Under the pieces are notes generated by a model. That model saw nothing but the letters and a program-made list of their open reading frames with translations. It did no database searches and had not been told where the DNA came from. The translations under genes and the position numbers were made by a program. Shown here piece after piece: positions 32,131-43,758 of a stretch of DNA of 64,000 nt (positions are counted from its first letter, which is position 1; each line of letters starts with the position of its first letter). Origin of the DNA: an uncultured delta proteobacterium (GTDB lineage: Bacteria; Myxococcota_A; Polyangia; Palsa-1104). Location of the stretch: the NCBI GenBank assembly GCA_963785725.1, contig CAWAWS010000014.1, positions 288,001 through 352,000 of the forward strand, read 5' to 3'.

Positions 32131-34062
32131 GTGCGCAAGTCGCCGCGGCTCGTCGGTTTCGCGCTGTTGCTCGCCTCGCTGTCGACGGCTCGGCCGGCGC
32201 GGGCGCAGTCGTCGACGCCTTTGGAGCGGCTGGCCGCGCTCGCCGATTACGTGGCCGCCGACTACAACGGCGCCGTTCGCGATGGCAAGATCTTGGCCGC
32301 GTCGGAGTACGAAGAGCAGCGCGGCCTCATCGCGCAGGCGCGCACGCTGGCGGCGACGATCAAGCCGACGCCGGGCCACGAAAGCGCGGCCGCGGCGCTC
32401 GACGCCGACCTGCAGACGCTCGTGGCCGCGGTCGAGCGCAAAGCGCCCGAAGCCGAGGTCGCGGCCGACTGTCGCGCCGTGCACAAGCGGCTCATCGACG
32501 ACTACGGCTTGGTGCTGACGCCGCTGGCGCCGCCGTCGTTGCAGCGCGCGCAAGGCATCTTCACGACGGTGTGCGCGCAGTGCCATGGCGCCGACGGACG
32601 CGCCGACACCGAGCGGGCGCGCACGCTCAATCCGCGGCCGGTCAGCTTCCTCGACGAGGAGCGCATGTCGCGCATCTCGCCGGCGCTGGCGTTTCACGCG
32701 TTGACGTTCGGCGTCGCCGATACCGGCATGGCGTCGTACGAGACGCTGCCGGCGAGCGATCGCTGGAGCTTGGCGTTCTACGTCACGTCGCTGCGCCATC
32801 GCGGCGGCGACTTGGCGCGTGGGCAAAAAGCGTTCGCCGCCGCGCAGGCGCCGCTGGCACCGACGGCGTCGCGGCTGGCCGGCCTGACCGACGCGCAGCT
32901 GCGCGAGCTGTTGGCGGCGACGCCGACGGCCGATCGCGACGCCGCCATCGACTGGCTGCGCACCGACGCCAGCTTCGCCGTCGCGCCCGGCGGCACCTTC
33001 GCCGACGCGCGCCGCCTGCTCGGCGAAATCAGCGCCAACGCCGGCGATCGCGCCAAAGCGCGCGACCTCGCCGTCGCCGCCTATTTGGAGGGCGTCGAGC
33101 CGCACGAGGCCGCCTTGCGCGCCCGCGACGCCCGCCTGTGCCAGCGCGTCGAGCAGGCGTTCCTCGACATTCGCCACACGATTGAAGTCGGCAGCGCCAT
33201 CGACGCCGACGCCGTCCGCCGCGAAGTCGCCCGCGCCACCATGATCCTCGACGGCGCCGAAGAGAAGCAGCGCGACGACAAGAGCGTGCCGTTCTTCGCG
33301 GCGCTGGCGATTTCGCTGCGCGAAGGCTTCGAGATCGCGCTGCTCATCTCGGCGCTGCTCAGCTTCGTGCGCAAGAGCGGCCATCCCGAGTCGGCGCCTT
33401 ACGTTCATTATGGTTGGCTCTTGGCGTTGCCGGCGGGCGCGGTCACGTGGTTCGTCGTCGGCGCCGCGCTCGGCGGTGCGCGCCGCGAGCTGACCGAAGG
33501 TTTACTGACGCTGTTCGCCGCCGGCATGCTGCTCTTCGTCAGCCACTTCGTGCTCGGCAAGCTGGAGTCGAAGAAGTGGCTCAAGTTCCTCGAGCGGCGC
33601 ACGCGCGAGTCGACGCGGCCGTGGCCGCTGATGCTCGTGGCGTTCGTGGCCGCTTATCGCGAGGCGATCGAGATCGTGCTCTTTTTCCGAGCGCTGTCGC
33701 TCGATTCGCCCGGTCGCGCCGGCGCCATCGCCGCCGGCGTCGCGGTCGGCGCCGTCATCTTGGGCGGCCTCGTCTTCGGCATGCAGCAGCTCGGCCGGCG
33801 CCTCAATCCGCGCCCGGTCATGGTCGTCTCGGGCGTGCTTCTGACGGCGCTGGCGATCTCGCTCGTCGGTCAAGGTGTGCGCGCGCTGCAAGAGGGCGGC
33901 TACGTCGCGCTCACGCCGCTGGCCGCCGCCGGCTCGGGCTTGCCGACGCTCGGCCTCTATCCGACGATCGAAGGCCTGGCGACGCAATTCATCGTGCTCG
34001 TGTTGGTGCTGTTGCCGCTGTGGCTGGAACGGAAACGCGCGGAGACGACCAAGCTGGCGTAG
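32131..34062 (+). CDS. cytochrome c-FTR1 family iron permease
   Basis: Signal peptide, DYVAADY, heme motif CAQCH, REGFE and REAIE motifs, multi-TM C-terminus. Confidence 0.9.
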   Translation: MRKSPRLVGFALLLASLSTARPARAQSSTPLERLAALADYVAADYNGAVRDGKILAASEYEEQRGLIAQARTLAATIKPTPGHESAAAALDADLQTLVAAVERKAPEAEVAADCRAVHKRLIDDYGLVLTPLAPPSLQRAQGIFTTVCAQCHGADGRADTERARTLNPRPVSFLDEERMSRISPALAFHALTFGVADTGMASYETLPASDRWSLAFYVTSLRHRGGDLARGQKAFAAAQAPLAPTASRLAGLTDAQLRELLAATPTADRDAAIDWLRTDASFAVAPGGTFADARRLLGEISANAGDRAKARDLAVAAYLEGVEPHEAALRARDARLCQRVEQAFLDIRHTIEVGSAIDADAVRREVARATMILDGAEEKQRDDKSVPFFAALAISLREGFEIALLISALLSFVRKSGHPESAPYVHYGWLLALPAGAVTWFVVGAALGGARRELTEGLLTLFAAGMLLFVSHFVLGKLESKKWLKFLERRTRESTRPWPLMLVAFVAAYREAIEIVLFFRALSLDSPGRAGAIAAGVAVGAVILGGLVFGMQQLGRRLNPRPVMVVSGVLLTALAISLVGQGVRALQEGGYVALTPLAAAGSGLPTLGLYPTIEGLATQFIVLVLVLLPLWLERKRAETTKLA

Positions 34063-34071
34063 TCTGTACGA

Positions 34072-35499
34072 ATGTCGCTGCGTACGCGGCTGCTCGTCGG
34101 CTTGGCAGTGCTGGTGCTGGCCGCGGTCGCCACCGCCGGCTGGTCGGTTTTGGCCGTCGCGCGCGCCAAGCTGCAAGAGGCCGAAGACAGCCGCGCGCAC
34201 GTCGTCGGCAGCGCGCTGGCGGCGTTGACCGAGCGCGCCTGCGCCGGCGGCTGCGAGCGCGACCGCGTGGCCGCGATGGCGCGCACGCTCGTCGGCGGCG
34301 GCGCGCTGCCCGAGCTCGTCATCGTCGATCGCGAGCGCCATTTGTTGGCGGCCGAAGGCGGCGCGCACGCGGCGATGGGCGTGGCCGATCCCGGCCTCAA
34401 CGGCGCGCTCGCCGGCGTCGGCACCGTCGGTCGAACCGGCGACGCCGTCTACTATTACGCGCCGTTGCGTGACGACGGCCGCGTCGCCGGCGCGGCGCGG
34501 CTGCGCATGCCCGGCGACGCCGACGTCAGCCGCGCCTTGCACGACGCCCGCGCCTTGCTCGTCGGCGTCACGCTCATCGACGGCGGCCTCGTCCTCGTCT
34601 TCGGCGTGCTCTTCATTCGTCGCGTCGTCGAGCCGATCGAGGCGTTGTCGGGCGCGGCGCAGCGCGTGGCCGCCGGCGAGCTCGATCTGCCGCCGCTGGC
34701 GCGCGACCCGACGCGCGACGACGAAGTGGCCCGCCTCGTCGACGACTTCAACCGCATGACCGCGTCCTTGCGGCGCCAGCGTGAGCAAATGGTGGCGCAA
34801 GACAAGCTCGTCACCGTCGGTCGCTTGGCGGCCGGCGTGGCGCACGAGATCGGCAATCCGCTCGCCGCCGTGCTCGGCTACGTCGACCTCCTCTTGCACG
34901 ACGAGCCGCCGACGAGCCCACAGCGCGACACGCTCGAGCGCATCCGCAAGGAGACCGATCGCATCCGCGTCATCGTCGCCGATCTGCTCGATTACGCGCG
35001 TCCGGTGACCGGCACCGTCGAGGCGGTGCGTCTGCCCGATCTCGTCGAAGCCGCGCTCACGCTCTTGCGTCCGCAGGCGCGCTTTCGCGACGTCGAGGTC
35101 GCGCAGTCGCTGCCCGCCGATCTGCCGCCCGCGTCGGCCTCGGCCAGCCGGCTCACGCAAGTGCTCTTGAACCTCTTGCTCAACGCCGCCGACGCGATGG
35201 AGGGCCGCGGCACCGTCACCTTGACCGCGCGCCGCGAGGACGACGAGGTCGCGCTGCACGTCGGCGACAGCGGCCCCGGCGTCGCGCCCGAAGATCGCAC
35301 GCGCATCTTCGACCCGTTCTTCACGACGAAGGAGCCCGGCAAAGGCACCGGCCTCGGCCTCTCCATTTCGCGCCAGCTCGTCGAAGCCTACGGCGGCTCG
35401 CTCGTGCTGTTGTCATCGGAGTCGGAGACGCGCGGCGCCGAGTTCGTGCTGCGCCTGCCGATCTGGCGCGAGACCGCGATGATCCTGCGGCCGCGTTAA
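34072..35499 (+). CDS. HAMP domain sensor histidine kinase
   Basis: Two TM helices, [31 protein letters not shown]. Confidence 0.93.
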   Translation: MSLRTRLLVGLAVLVLAAVATAGWSVLAVARAKLQEAEDSRAHVVGSALAALTERACAGGCERDRVAAMARTLVGGGALPELVIVDRERHLLAAEGGAHAAMGVADPGLNGALAGVGTVGRTGDAVYYYAPLRDDGRVAGAARLRMPGDADVSRALHDARALLVGVTLIDGGLVLVFGVLFIRRVVEPIEALSGAAQRVAAGELDLPPLARDPTRDDEVARLVDDFNRMTASLRRQREQMVAQDKLVTVGRLAAGVAHEIGNPLAAVLGYVDLLLHDEPPTSPQRDTLERIRKETDRIRVIVADLLDYARPVTGTVEAVRLPDLVEAALTLLRPQARFRDVEVAQSLPADLPPASASASRLTQVLLNLLLNAADAMEGRGTVTLTARREDDEVALHVGDSGPGVAPEDRTRIFDPFFTTKEPGKGTGLGLSISRQLVEAYGGSLVLLSSESETRGAEFVLRLPIWRETAMILRPR

Positions 35500-35500
35500 A

Positions 35501-35583
35501 ACCGTCGCGAAGCGGTCGAATCGCCGCGTTGTCGCTGCGGCTGCGCTCCTCGCTCCGCCTGCGCCTGGACCGCTCGCGACGGT
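35501..35583. repeat. 83-bp element with terminal inverted repeats
   Basis: ACCGTCGCGAAGCGGTC (35501-35517) pairs with GACCGCTCGCGACGGT (35568-35583), one-base bulge. Confidence 0.6.
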
Positions 35584-35588
35584 CTTGC

Positions 35589-35852
35589 CTAGTCGGCGCC
35601 TGCGTCTTCGACGGGGCAATAGAGCGCGTTACCGCCGCCGGGCGACGGCGTGCAGCTGCACGTCACGCCTTGCGCCGGAAACGTGCACGTCGGAATGGCT
35701 TCCGGCGCGCACGCGTACGTCCCGTTGGCCGGCATCGTCGACGGACAGAAGTAGATGTCGCTGGCCAAATCCGGCGGCGGCGCCGGCTCGGGGACGGCGA
35801 AGCTGGAGCGGCAGCCGGCCCCGAGCAACAACAACAATCCCAACCACCGCAA
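35589..35852 (-). CDS. small Cys-rich lipoprotein
   Basis: TTG start, RWLGLLLLLGAG-C lipobox, six further Cys. Confidence 0.65.
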   Translation of the reverse strand: MRWLGLLLLLGAGCRSSFAVPEPAPPPDLASDIYFCPSTMPANGTYACAPEAIPTCTFPAQGVTCSCTPSPGGGNALYCPVEDAGAD

Positions 35853-35856
35853 GGAG

Positions 35857-36627
35857 TTACGCCTTAGCGTTGCAGGTGAGCAGGATGACCGTGATGTTGT
35901 CGACGCCGCCGTTGCGGTTGGCCTGGTCGACGAGCGTCGCCACCGCCTTCTCGAGGTCGCCTTCACACGAGCGGACGATCTCGATCATCTTCTTGTCCTC
36001 GAGCATGCCGGACAAGCCGTCGCAGCAGAGCAAGAACGTGTCACCGTCCTCGATCGTGTCGTGCTTGATGTCGACCTGCACCGTGTCGCGCATGCCGAGG
36101 GCGCGCGTGATCACGTTCTTGTGCGGGAAGTTCCGCTGCTCGTCCTCGGACATGTCCGGCTTGGCTTCTTTGTAGTCCTCGAGAAGCGAGTGGTCGCGGG
36201 TCATCTGCTTGATCTGATCGCCGCGAATACGATAGCCGCGGGAATCTCCGACGTGCGCGAAGTAGACCTTGTCGCCGTTGAGCAGAGACGCGACCAAGGT
36301 CGTGCCCATGCCCTTGCAACGCGGATCTTTCGTCGCTGCCTCGTAGATCTTCCAGTTGGCCAACTTGATGCCGCAGACGAGGCGGTTCTCCACATACGAG
36401 AGCTGACGGTCCATTTTATAGGGCCAGGTCGAGTCCTCGTCTTTGGTACGGGCGTAAAACTCGCCGAGCGTGTCGGCAGCCATCTTCGACGCCACCTCGC
36501 CCATTGCGTGCCCGCCCATACCGTCGGCGACGATGAAAAGCTGCTCGTCCTCGATCAGCGAGAAATAATCCTCGTTGTGGGTACGCTTCATCCCGACGTC
36601 GGTCTTTGCTGCGTAGCGGATCTTCAT
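35857..36627 (-). CDS. PP2C-family Ser/Thr protein phosphatase
   Basis: [37 protein letters not shown]. Confidence 0.95.
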   Translation of the reverse strand: MKIRYAAKTDVGMKRTHNEDYFSLIEDEQLFIVADGMGGHAMGEVASKMAADTLGEFYARTKDEDSTWPYKMDRQLSYVENRLVCGIKLANWKIYEAATKDPRCKGMGTTLVASLLNGDKVYFAHVGDSRGYRIRGDQIKQMTRDHSLLEDYKEAKPDMSEDEQRNFPHKNVITRALGMRDTVQVDIKHDTIEDGDTFLLCCDGLSGMLEDKKMIEIVRSCEGDLEKAVATLVDQANRNGGVDNITVILLTCNAKA

Positions 36628-36718
36628 CCCTGTGCGCTCGTCGGTGGCGTAAATGCGCGAAATGCCGAGTTACGACTTTAACAGAGAGGGCTCTAAAGTC
36701 AAAATGGTAAAACAGATC

Positions 36719-37969
36719 ATGTTCACCACGGCTGAAATATTGACCATTGGCGACGAGCTCAACCGCGGCGAGATCATCGATACCAACTCCTCCTGGCTCG
36801 CGGAACGACTTACGTCACTAGGGGTTTACGTCCGTTGGCGGACCTCGGTGACCGACCAGCCGGACGACATGACGGCGGCGCTGCGGCAGGCGTCGGCGCG
36901 CGCCGGCTTGGTCGTCTGCTCGGGCGGTTTGGGGCCGACGGACGACGATCGCACGGTCGACGTCGTGAGCGCGCTCATCGGTGTCGCGCCTACGACCGAG
37001 CCGGCGCACGCCGAGAAGATGCGCGCCCGCTTCGCCGCCCGCGGCTTCGAGCTGACGCCGAATAATCTCCGGCAAGTACGCGTACCTACGGGCGCTGCGG
37101 TGATGCCGAACGAGCCGGGGTTGGCGCCGGGGTTCGGCGTGAAAATGGGTGCGACCGAGCTCTACTTCATGCCTGGCGTGCCGCGCGAGATGAAGTCGAT
37201 CTTCGATCAGCACATCGCGGCGCGCATCGCCGAGCGGGTCGGTGGCGTGCGCGCGCAAAAGCGGATCTGGCGCGTCACCGGCAAAGGTGAGTCGCACGTC
37301 GACCACGCGCTGCGCGGGCTCATCGATGGGCTGGAAGACACGACGCTGCATTTTCGCATCGCCTATCCCGAGAATCTCGTGACCGTCGTCGTGCGGCGGG
37401 CGGATGAAGCGGAGGCGACGCGCGTGCTCGACCAGCTCGACGTCGAAGTGCGCAAACGGCTGGGCGATCACGTGTATGCGACGGGCGAGACGACGCTGGC
37501 GGCGGCGGTCGGTCAGCGTCTGATGGCGCGCGGGCAGACGGTCGCCGTCGCCGAGTCGTGCACGGGCGGGATGATCGGGCAGTGGCTGACGGCGGTCGCC
37601 GGGTCGTCGCAGTGGTTCGTCGGCGGCGTGATCGCGTATGCGAACAGCGTCAAAGAGGGGCTGCTCGGCGTGTCGGCGGCGACGTTGGCGACGCATGGCG
37701 CGGTGTCGGAGCCGGTGGTGCTCGAGATGGCCGAAGGCGCGCGGCGGGCGACGGGCGCGGCGTGGGGAATTGCCGTCAGCGGCGTCGCCGGGCCGGGCGG
37801 TGGGACGGCGGAGAAGCCGGTGGGCACGGTGTTCATTGCCGTCGCCGGCGCGGAGGGGCGCGAGGCGCGCAAGCTGTTCTGGCCGGCCGAGCGGGAGCAG
37901 ATCCGGCAGCTGGCGGCGCAGTCGGCGCTGCACTTGCTGTTCAAGAGGCTGGGGACGTCGGGATCGTAG
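36719..37969 (+). CDS. cinA: CinA / NMN deamidase (MoCF-like plus PncC)
   Basis: IGDEL..G..IDTN, GGLGPTDDDRT, PGVPREM, AESCTGG, GVAGPGGG. Confidence 0.93.
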   Translation: MFTTAEILTIGDELNRGEIIDTNSSWLAERLTSLGVYVRWRTSVTDQPDDMTAALRQASARAGLVVCSGGLGPTDDDRTVDVVSALIGVAPTTEPAHAEKMRARFAARGFELTPNNLRQVRVPTGAAVMPNEPGLAPGFGVKMGATELYFMPGVPREMKSIFDQHIAARIAERVGGVRAQKRIWRVTGKGESHVDHALRGLIDGLEDTTLHFRIAYPENLVTVVVRRADEAEATRVLDQLDVEVRKRLGDHVYATGETTLAAAVGQRLMARGQTVAVAESCTGGMIGQWLTAVAGSSQWFVGGVIAYANSVKEGLLGVSAATLATHGAVSEPVVLEMAEGARRATGAAWGIAVSGVAGPGGGTAEKPVGTVFIAVAGAEGREARKLFWPAEREQIRQLAAQSALHLLFKRLGTSGS

Positions 37970-38045
37970 CGGTCGACGGCTCGGCTGCGTCGCTAGGGTG
38001 TCCGGTGGACGCTGGCGTCGGCTATCGCGCAAGCGAGGAAGCGGC

Positions 38046-38164
38046 CGACGCAGCTCCTCCGGAATCGGCCATCGGTGAAATGCGCAACAGTATTTGAGGC
38101 TTATCGCGGGCTTGGTCGCACAGCGCCGACGTTCGCCCGCAACTGCAAGGCGCAAGACGAGCAC
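38046..38164 (+). repeat. dispersed intergenic repeat, copy 1
   Basis: Core GGCTTATCGCGGGCTTGGTC....AGCGCCGACGTTCGCC shared with the copies at 48251-48370 and 50846-50940. Confidence 0.85.
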
Positions 38165-38214
38165 ACCTACTAATGCTTGACCATACAAGTCATGCGGATT
38201 AGGCTACTGAACAA

Positions 38215-38780
38215 ATGCCACGTATCTTCCTCGCAGTGAGCTTCTCCGTCGCGGTGACGCGGAAGATCGCGGAGGAGGTCGAGCGTCGCAAGCCGCTGTT
38301 GGCGGACGCCGGCTTCCGCATCGCCTGGGTGCCGGCGGCGAACCTGCACGTGACGATGCGCTTCATCGGCACCGTCGCGGATGAGCTGGTCGAGGGCATC
38401 ATCGGCGCCGCCGGCAAGGTCGGGCGGCGACACGCGCCGTTCGAGGCGCGGGCGTTCGGCGTCGGCGTCTTCCCGTCGCTGGCGCAGCCTTCGGTGCTGT
38501 GGGTGGGCGTGCAGCCGTCGGCGGCGTTGACGGCGCTGCAGAACGACGTCGAGACGACCATGGTCGACCTCGGGTTCGAGCGCGAAGGGCGCGTCTTTGC
38601 GCCCCACGTCACCGTCGGTCGCGTCAAAGAGTCGCGCGGTGGCCAAGAAGCGCCGTGGACGGGCGCGCTCGATGCCGGTTCGTCGACGGTGAGCGAGCTC
38701 GTCGTGTACGAAAGTAAAACCCGTGCCGCCGGCGCCGAATACGTCGCGCGCGCACGTGTACCTTTACATAAGGAGAAGTG

Positions 38781-38781
<1 letters not shown>
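38215..38781 (+). CDS. thpR: RNA 2',3'-cyclic phosphodiesterase (2H family)
   Basis: LHVTM and PHVTV motifs; lies between cinA and recA; promoter-like TTGACC-N17-TAGGCT. Confidence 0.92.
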
Positions 38782-39907
<1,126 letters not shown>

Positions 39908-39911
<4 letters not shown>

Positions 39912-40618
39912 ACGACGTAAGGCTACTCAGCCTCGACGCCGGCAACACGATCGTCTTCCTCGATCACGATGTCGTCGCCGCGATCGTGTCGGCCGAATTG
40001 GGCCGCACGATCGCGGGTGACGCGGTCGAAAAAGCGGAAGGCGAGGCGAAAAAACGGCTCGATGCGCAGCAACTTTTGCCGCCGCTGCCCGATAACGACG
40101 TGACCCCGGCGTGGGGCGCTTTCATGGCCACGCTGGTGCAGATCGCGACGGGCGTAGACGCGGCGCGCGCGGTCGAGCTGACGCGCGCGCTGTGGCGGGA
40201 GCATCGGACGTTCAACTTGTGGCGCAAGGTGCCGGCCGGTTTGGCCGACGCCGTCGTGGCTTTGCGCGCGCGCGGCGTGCCGGTGGTCGTCGTCTCGAAC
40301 TCCGAAGGGCAGCTGCAGGCGCTCTTTGACAAGCTGGGGCTGCACGACACGTTCGATTTCGTGATCGACAGCCATGATGTCGGCGTCGAGAAGCCCGATC
40401 CGCGCATCTTTCGGCTGGCGCTGGAGCGGTTCGGCGTGGCCGCGGCGAACGCGCTGCATCTCGGCGACACCTACGCGACCGATGTCGTGGGCGCGCGTGC
40501 CGCCGGCGTGCAAGTCGCGCTCATCGATCCGTTCGCGCATTACGCCGGGCAATATGCCGATGTGCCGCGCGTCGCCGATGTCGCCTCCGTTTGTCGCACA
40601 CTCGGAATCGCCAAGTAG
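39908..40618 (+). CDS. HAD superfamily hydrolase
   Basis: [22 protein letters not shown]...DVVGA; GTGA overlap with recA. Confidence 0.9.
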
Positions 40619-40697
40619 CGCTCGCGCAAGCAAGATCCTTCGTCATCGTCGTGCGTCTGATAGGCAAAGGCGCTGGTGCGCCGGGTGTCGAAGATTC

Positions 40698-41321
40698 ATG
40701 CCGTTTGACGGAGGCGACGCGACGGAGCGGCTGGTGCGCCGGGCGCAAAGCGGAGATCGCACGGCGTTCGACGAGCTGGTACGCCGTTATCGCGCGCGGA
40801 TCTACGCGTTGACGTTGCATTTGACGGGCTCGCGCGCGGAAGCGGACGACATCACGCAAGACGTGTTCACGCGCGCCTACCAGCAGCTGGGCGGCTTCGC
40901 CGGTCGCAGCGAGTTCTTCACGTGGCTCTATCGCATCGCGGTCAATCGCGCGCTCAATGCGCGACGAGACACGGCGCGCCGACGCACGAGCGGGCTCGAC
41001 GATCCGCGCGTGCAGGCGGCGGTCGCGGTCGATGCGTACGGCGACCCGCGGCGCGCGGCGGAGCTGCGGCAGACCTACGCGCGGCTGATCGTCGCGCTCG
41101 ACCGGCTGGCGCCGACGCTGCGTTCGACGGTCGTGCTCGTGGCGCTGCAAGGTCTGCCGCACGATGAGGCCGCCGCGGTGCTCGGCTGCTCGATCGGCAC
41201 GGTGGCGTGGCGGATTCACGAGGCGCGTCAGCAGCTGCGCAGCGCGCTCGATGGCGAGAACGCGGCCGATGATCCCGTCGCCGAGACCGCTCGCCTGACG
41301 CTGCGAGCGCGGCTGAGCTGA
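40698..41321 (+). CDS. ECF sigma factor
   Basis: AFDELVRRY, ADDITQDVF, FFTWLYRIAVN, region 4 GTVAWRIHEAR; start ATG 40698. Confidence 0.9.
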   Translation: MPFDGGDATERLVRRAQSGDRTAFDELVRRYRARIYALTLHLTGSRAEADDITQDVFTRAYQQLGGFAGRSEFFTWLYRIAVNRALNARRDTARRRTSGLDDPRVQAAVAVDAYGDPRRAAELRQTYARLIVALDRLAPTLRSTVVLVALQGLPHDEAAAVLGCSIGTVAWRIHEARQQLRSALDGENAADDPVAETARLTLRARLS

Positions 41322-41453
41322 CGTCGCCGCCCGACGGCGTCGCCACGCCATCGCGGCGATGCCAACGCCGGGACAGCGCGCGAGCGGCGTAAATGCTAAA
41401 ATGTCGGTGGGCGTGCGCTGGCGAATGACGCGGCGGTTACTCAGGCGGACCCG

Positions 41454-41927
41454 ATGACTTGTCCCGGATGCGGCGCGAAAGTCGAAGAAGGGGCCGAGCT
41501 ATGCCTCGAGTGCGGCGAGCCGTTCGCGCCGCCGCCGCCGATTGCTCGGCCGGCCGCCGCTGCGCCGGGCGCGAATGTCGCGGGTCGGGCGGCGTCGGCG
41601 CGACCGGCTGGTGCGCCGCCTTCGCCGCCGAAGCCGTCGCTGCCGCGGGCGGGAGGCGCGCCGCCGCCGATTCCGTCGCTCGCACGCGCTGCGGTGCCAA
41701 ACGCTGCCGCGGCGCCGACCAACGTCAAGGCGGCAGGCGCAATCGGCGCGGGCGCGCCGGTGACGAACGCCGCGGCCGGTGCCACAAAGGCGGGCGTCAA
41801 AGTGGTGAAGCGGCCGTATCGCGAGGAGGAGCCGGAGCCGGTCCGCTGCCCGAATTGTGGCGGCAAGACGCGCGCCGCGCGCTGCCCCGGCTGCGGCATG
41901 CGCCTGCGCAGCGACGACGACGACTGA
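41454..41927 (+). CDS. double zinc-ribbon protein with Pro/Ala linker
   Basis: CPGC..CLEC at the N-terminus and CPNC..CPGC at the C-terminus. Confidence 0.72.
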   Translation: MTCPGCGAKVEEGAELCLECGEPFAPPPPIARPAAAAPGANVAGRAASARPAGAPPSPPKPSLPRAGGAPPPIPSLARAAVPNAAAAPTNVKAAGAIGAGAPVTNAAAGATKAGVKVVKRPYREEEPEPVRCPNCGGKTRAARCPGCGMRLRSDDDD

Positions 41928-41998
41928 TTGGGCCGCGTCCGACGCGACGAAGTCGGCCGCGCCCTAAGCGTCGACTTCGTGCTAGCGTCAACCGGGTC

Positions 41999-43312
41999 AT
42001 GCGCACGATTTCCGTCGGGCTATTGGGCCTCGGCAATGTGGGCTCGGGCGTCGTCAAGCTCCTCGCCGACAACGCCGAAGCCATTCGTCAACGTCTGGGC
42101 GGCGCGTCGGTCGCCATTCGCCGCATCGCCGTGCGCGAGGCCGAGAAGCCGCGCCTCGTCGACGTCGCGTCGGCGCTGATTACGACCGATCCGCAAGCGG
42201 TCATCGCCGATCCGGAGATCGACGTCATTCTCGAGCTCATCGGCGGTGAGGAGCCGGCGCGAACCTACGTGCTCGACGCCATCGCGCGCGGCAAGCACAT
42301 CGTCACCGCGAACAAGGCGCTGTTGGCTGCGCACGGCGAGGAGCTGTTCGCGGCCGCCGAGCAGCGCGGCGTCGACCTGTATTACGAGGCGTCGGTCGGC
42401 GGCGGCGTGCCGATCATCCGCGCGCTGCGTGAGGGTCTCGCGTCGGATCGCGTGAACGAGCTGGTGGCCATCGTCAACGGCACGTCGAACTTCCTGCTCA
42501 CGACGATGACCGACGAAGCGCGGCCGTTCGAAGAGATCCTCAACGAGGCGCAGGAAAAAGGCTACGCCGAGGCCGATCCGTCGCTCGACGTCGACGGCTG
42601 GGACGCGGCGCACAAGCTGTGCGTGCTCGTGCCTCTGTGCTTCGGCACGCGCATTCGCGTCGATCAGATCCTCGTCGATGGGTTGCGCGCCATCGAGCCG
42701 GTCGATTTCAAGTACGCCGAGCGCTTCGGCTACGTCATCAAGCCGCTCGTCATCGCCAAGGATCACGGCGACAGCGTCGAGGCGCGCGTGCACGCCACGC
42801 TGATCCCGCGCCGCTTCATGCTGTCGTCGGTCAACGGCGTCTACAATGCGGTCTACGTCTCGTCTTACGCGCTCGGCAGCTCGATGTATTACGGCCGCGG
42901 CGCCGGCATGATGCCGACCGCGGTGGCCGTCGTCTCCGACGTCATCGAGGTCTCGCGCGACCTGCTGGCGCGCACGGCCGGCGGCTCGGTGCCGCGTCCG
43001 GCGCGCCGCATGAACGACACGCGGCCGCGCCGCATTCGCGATCCGGGCGAGCTGTCGTCGCGCTACTACTTGCGCTTCGCCGTCGTCGACAAGCCGGGCG
43101 TGTTGGCGCAGCTGGCGGGCATGTTGGGCGAGCACGAGATCAGCATCAGCGAGGTCGTGCAAGAAGGGCAGCGCAACGCCGGCGAGCCGGTGACCGTCGT
43201 CGTGACCACGCATTTGGCGCTCGAGCGCAACGTGCAAGCGGCGCTGGCGATCATCGATCGTCTGCCGACCGTGCGCGCCAAGACGCGGCTCTTGCGCATC
43301 TTCGGCGAGTAA
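41999..43312 (+). CDS. hom: homoserine dehydrogenase with ACT domain
   Basis: GLGNVG, VTANK, EASVGGGVP, NGTSN, GYAEADP, DKPGVLA. Confidence 0.95.
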   Translation: MRTISVGLLGLGNVGSGVVKLLADNAEAIRQRLGGASVAIRRIAVREAEKPRLVDVASALITTDPQAVIADPEIDVILELIGGEEPARTYVLDAIARGKHIVTANKALLAAHGEELFAAAEQRGVDLYYEASVGGGVPIIRALREGLASDRVNELVAIVNGTSNFLLTTMTDEARPFEEILNEAQEKGYAEADPSLDVDGWDAAHKLCVLVPLCFGTRIRVDQILVDGLRAIEPVDFKYAERFGYVIKPLVIAKDHGDSVEARVHATLIPRRFMLSSVNGVYNAVYVSSYALGSSMYYGRGAGMMPTAVAVVSDVIEVSRDLLARTAGGSVPRPARRMNDTRPRRIRDPGELSSRYYLRFAVVDKPGVLAQLAGMLGEHEISISEVVQEGQRNAGEPVTVVVTTHLALERNVQAALAIIDRLPTVRAKTRLLRIFGE

Positions 43313-43318
43313 TTGGCG

Positions 43319-43729
43319 ATGCCGATCGTCTCCGTCGCCAACATTCGCGTGCTCTACGCCGACACCGACCAGATGGGCGTCGTCAACAACGGCGTCTATT
43401 TGCGCTTCTTCGAGATCGGCCGCGCCGAATGGCTGCGCCAGCGCGGTCGCGCCTACAAAGACATGGAAGAGGCCGGCTACATGCTGCCCGTCGTCGAGGC
43501 GCACGTGCGTTATCGCGAGCCGGGGCGCTACGACGACGTCATCGACATCCACGGCGGCCCCGTCGACGTGCGCGCCGCCAGCGTCAAGTTCGAATACCGC
43601 TTGTTTCGCGCCGCCGACGGCAGATTATTGGCCGAGGGCTACACGCTGCACGCCTGCTTGTCGAAGGATGGCAAGGTGCGCCGCTTCCCCGACGAGCTGT
43701 TGTCCTTATTTCATCCTGACCCGCAGTAG
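43319..43729 (+). CDS. acyl-CoA thioesterase (YbgC/4HBT family)
   Basis: RVLYADTDQMGVVNN.VYLRFFE. Confidence 0.9.
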   Translation: MPIVSVANIRVLYADTDQMGVVNNGVYLRFFEIGRAEWLRQRGRAYKDMEEAGYMLPVVEAHVRYREPGRYDDVIDIHGGPVDVRAASVKFEYRLFRAADGRLLAEGYTLHACLSKDGKVRRFPDELLSLFHPDPQ

Positions 43730-43758
43730 CCGCAACCAGATAGACCAAGGAGCTCGAT

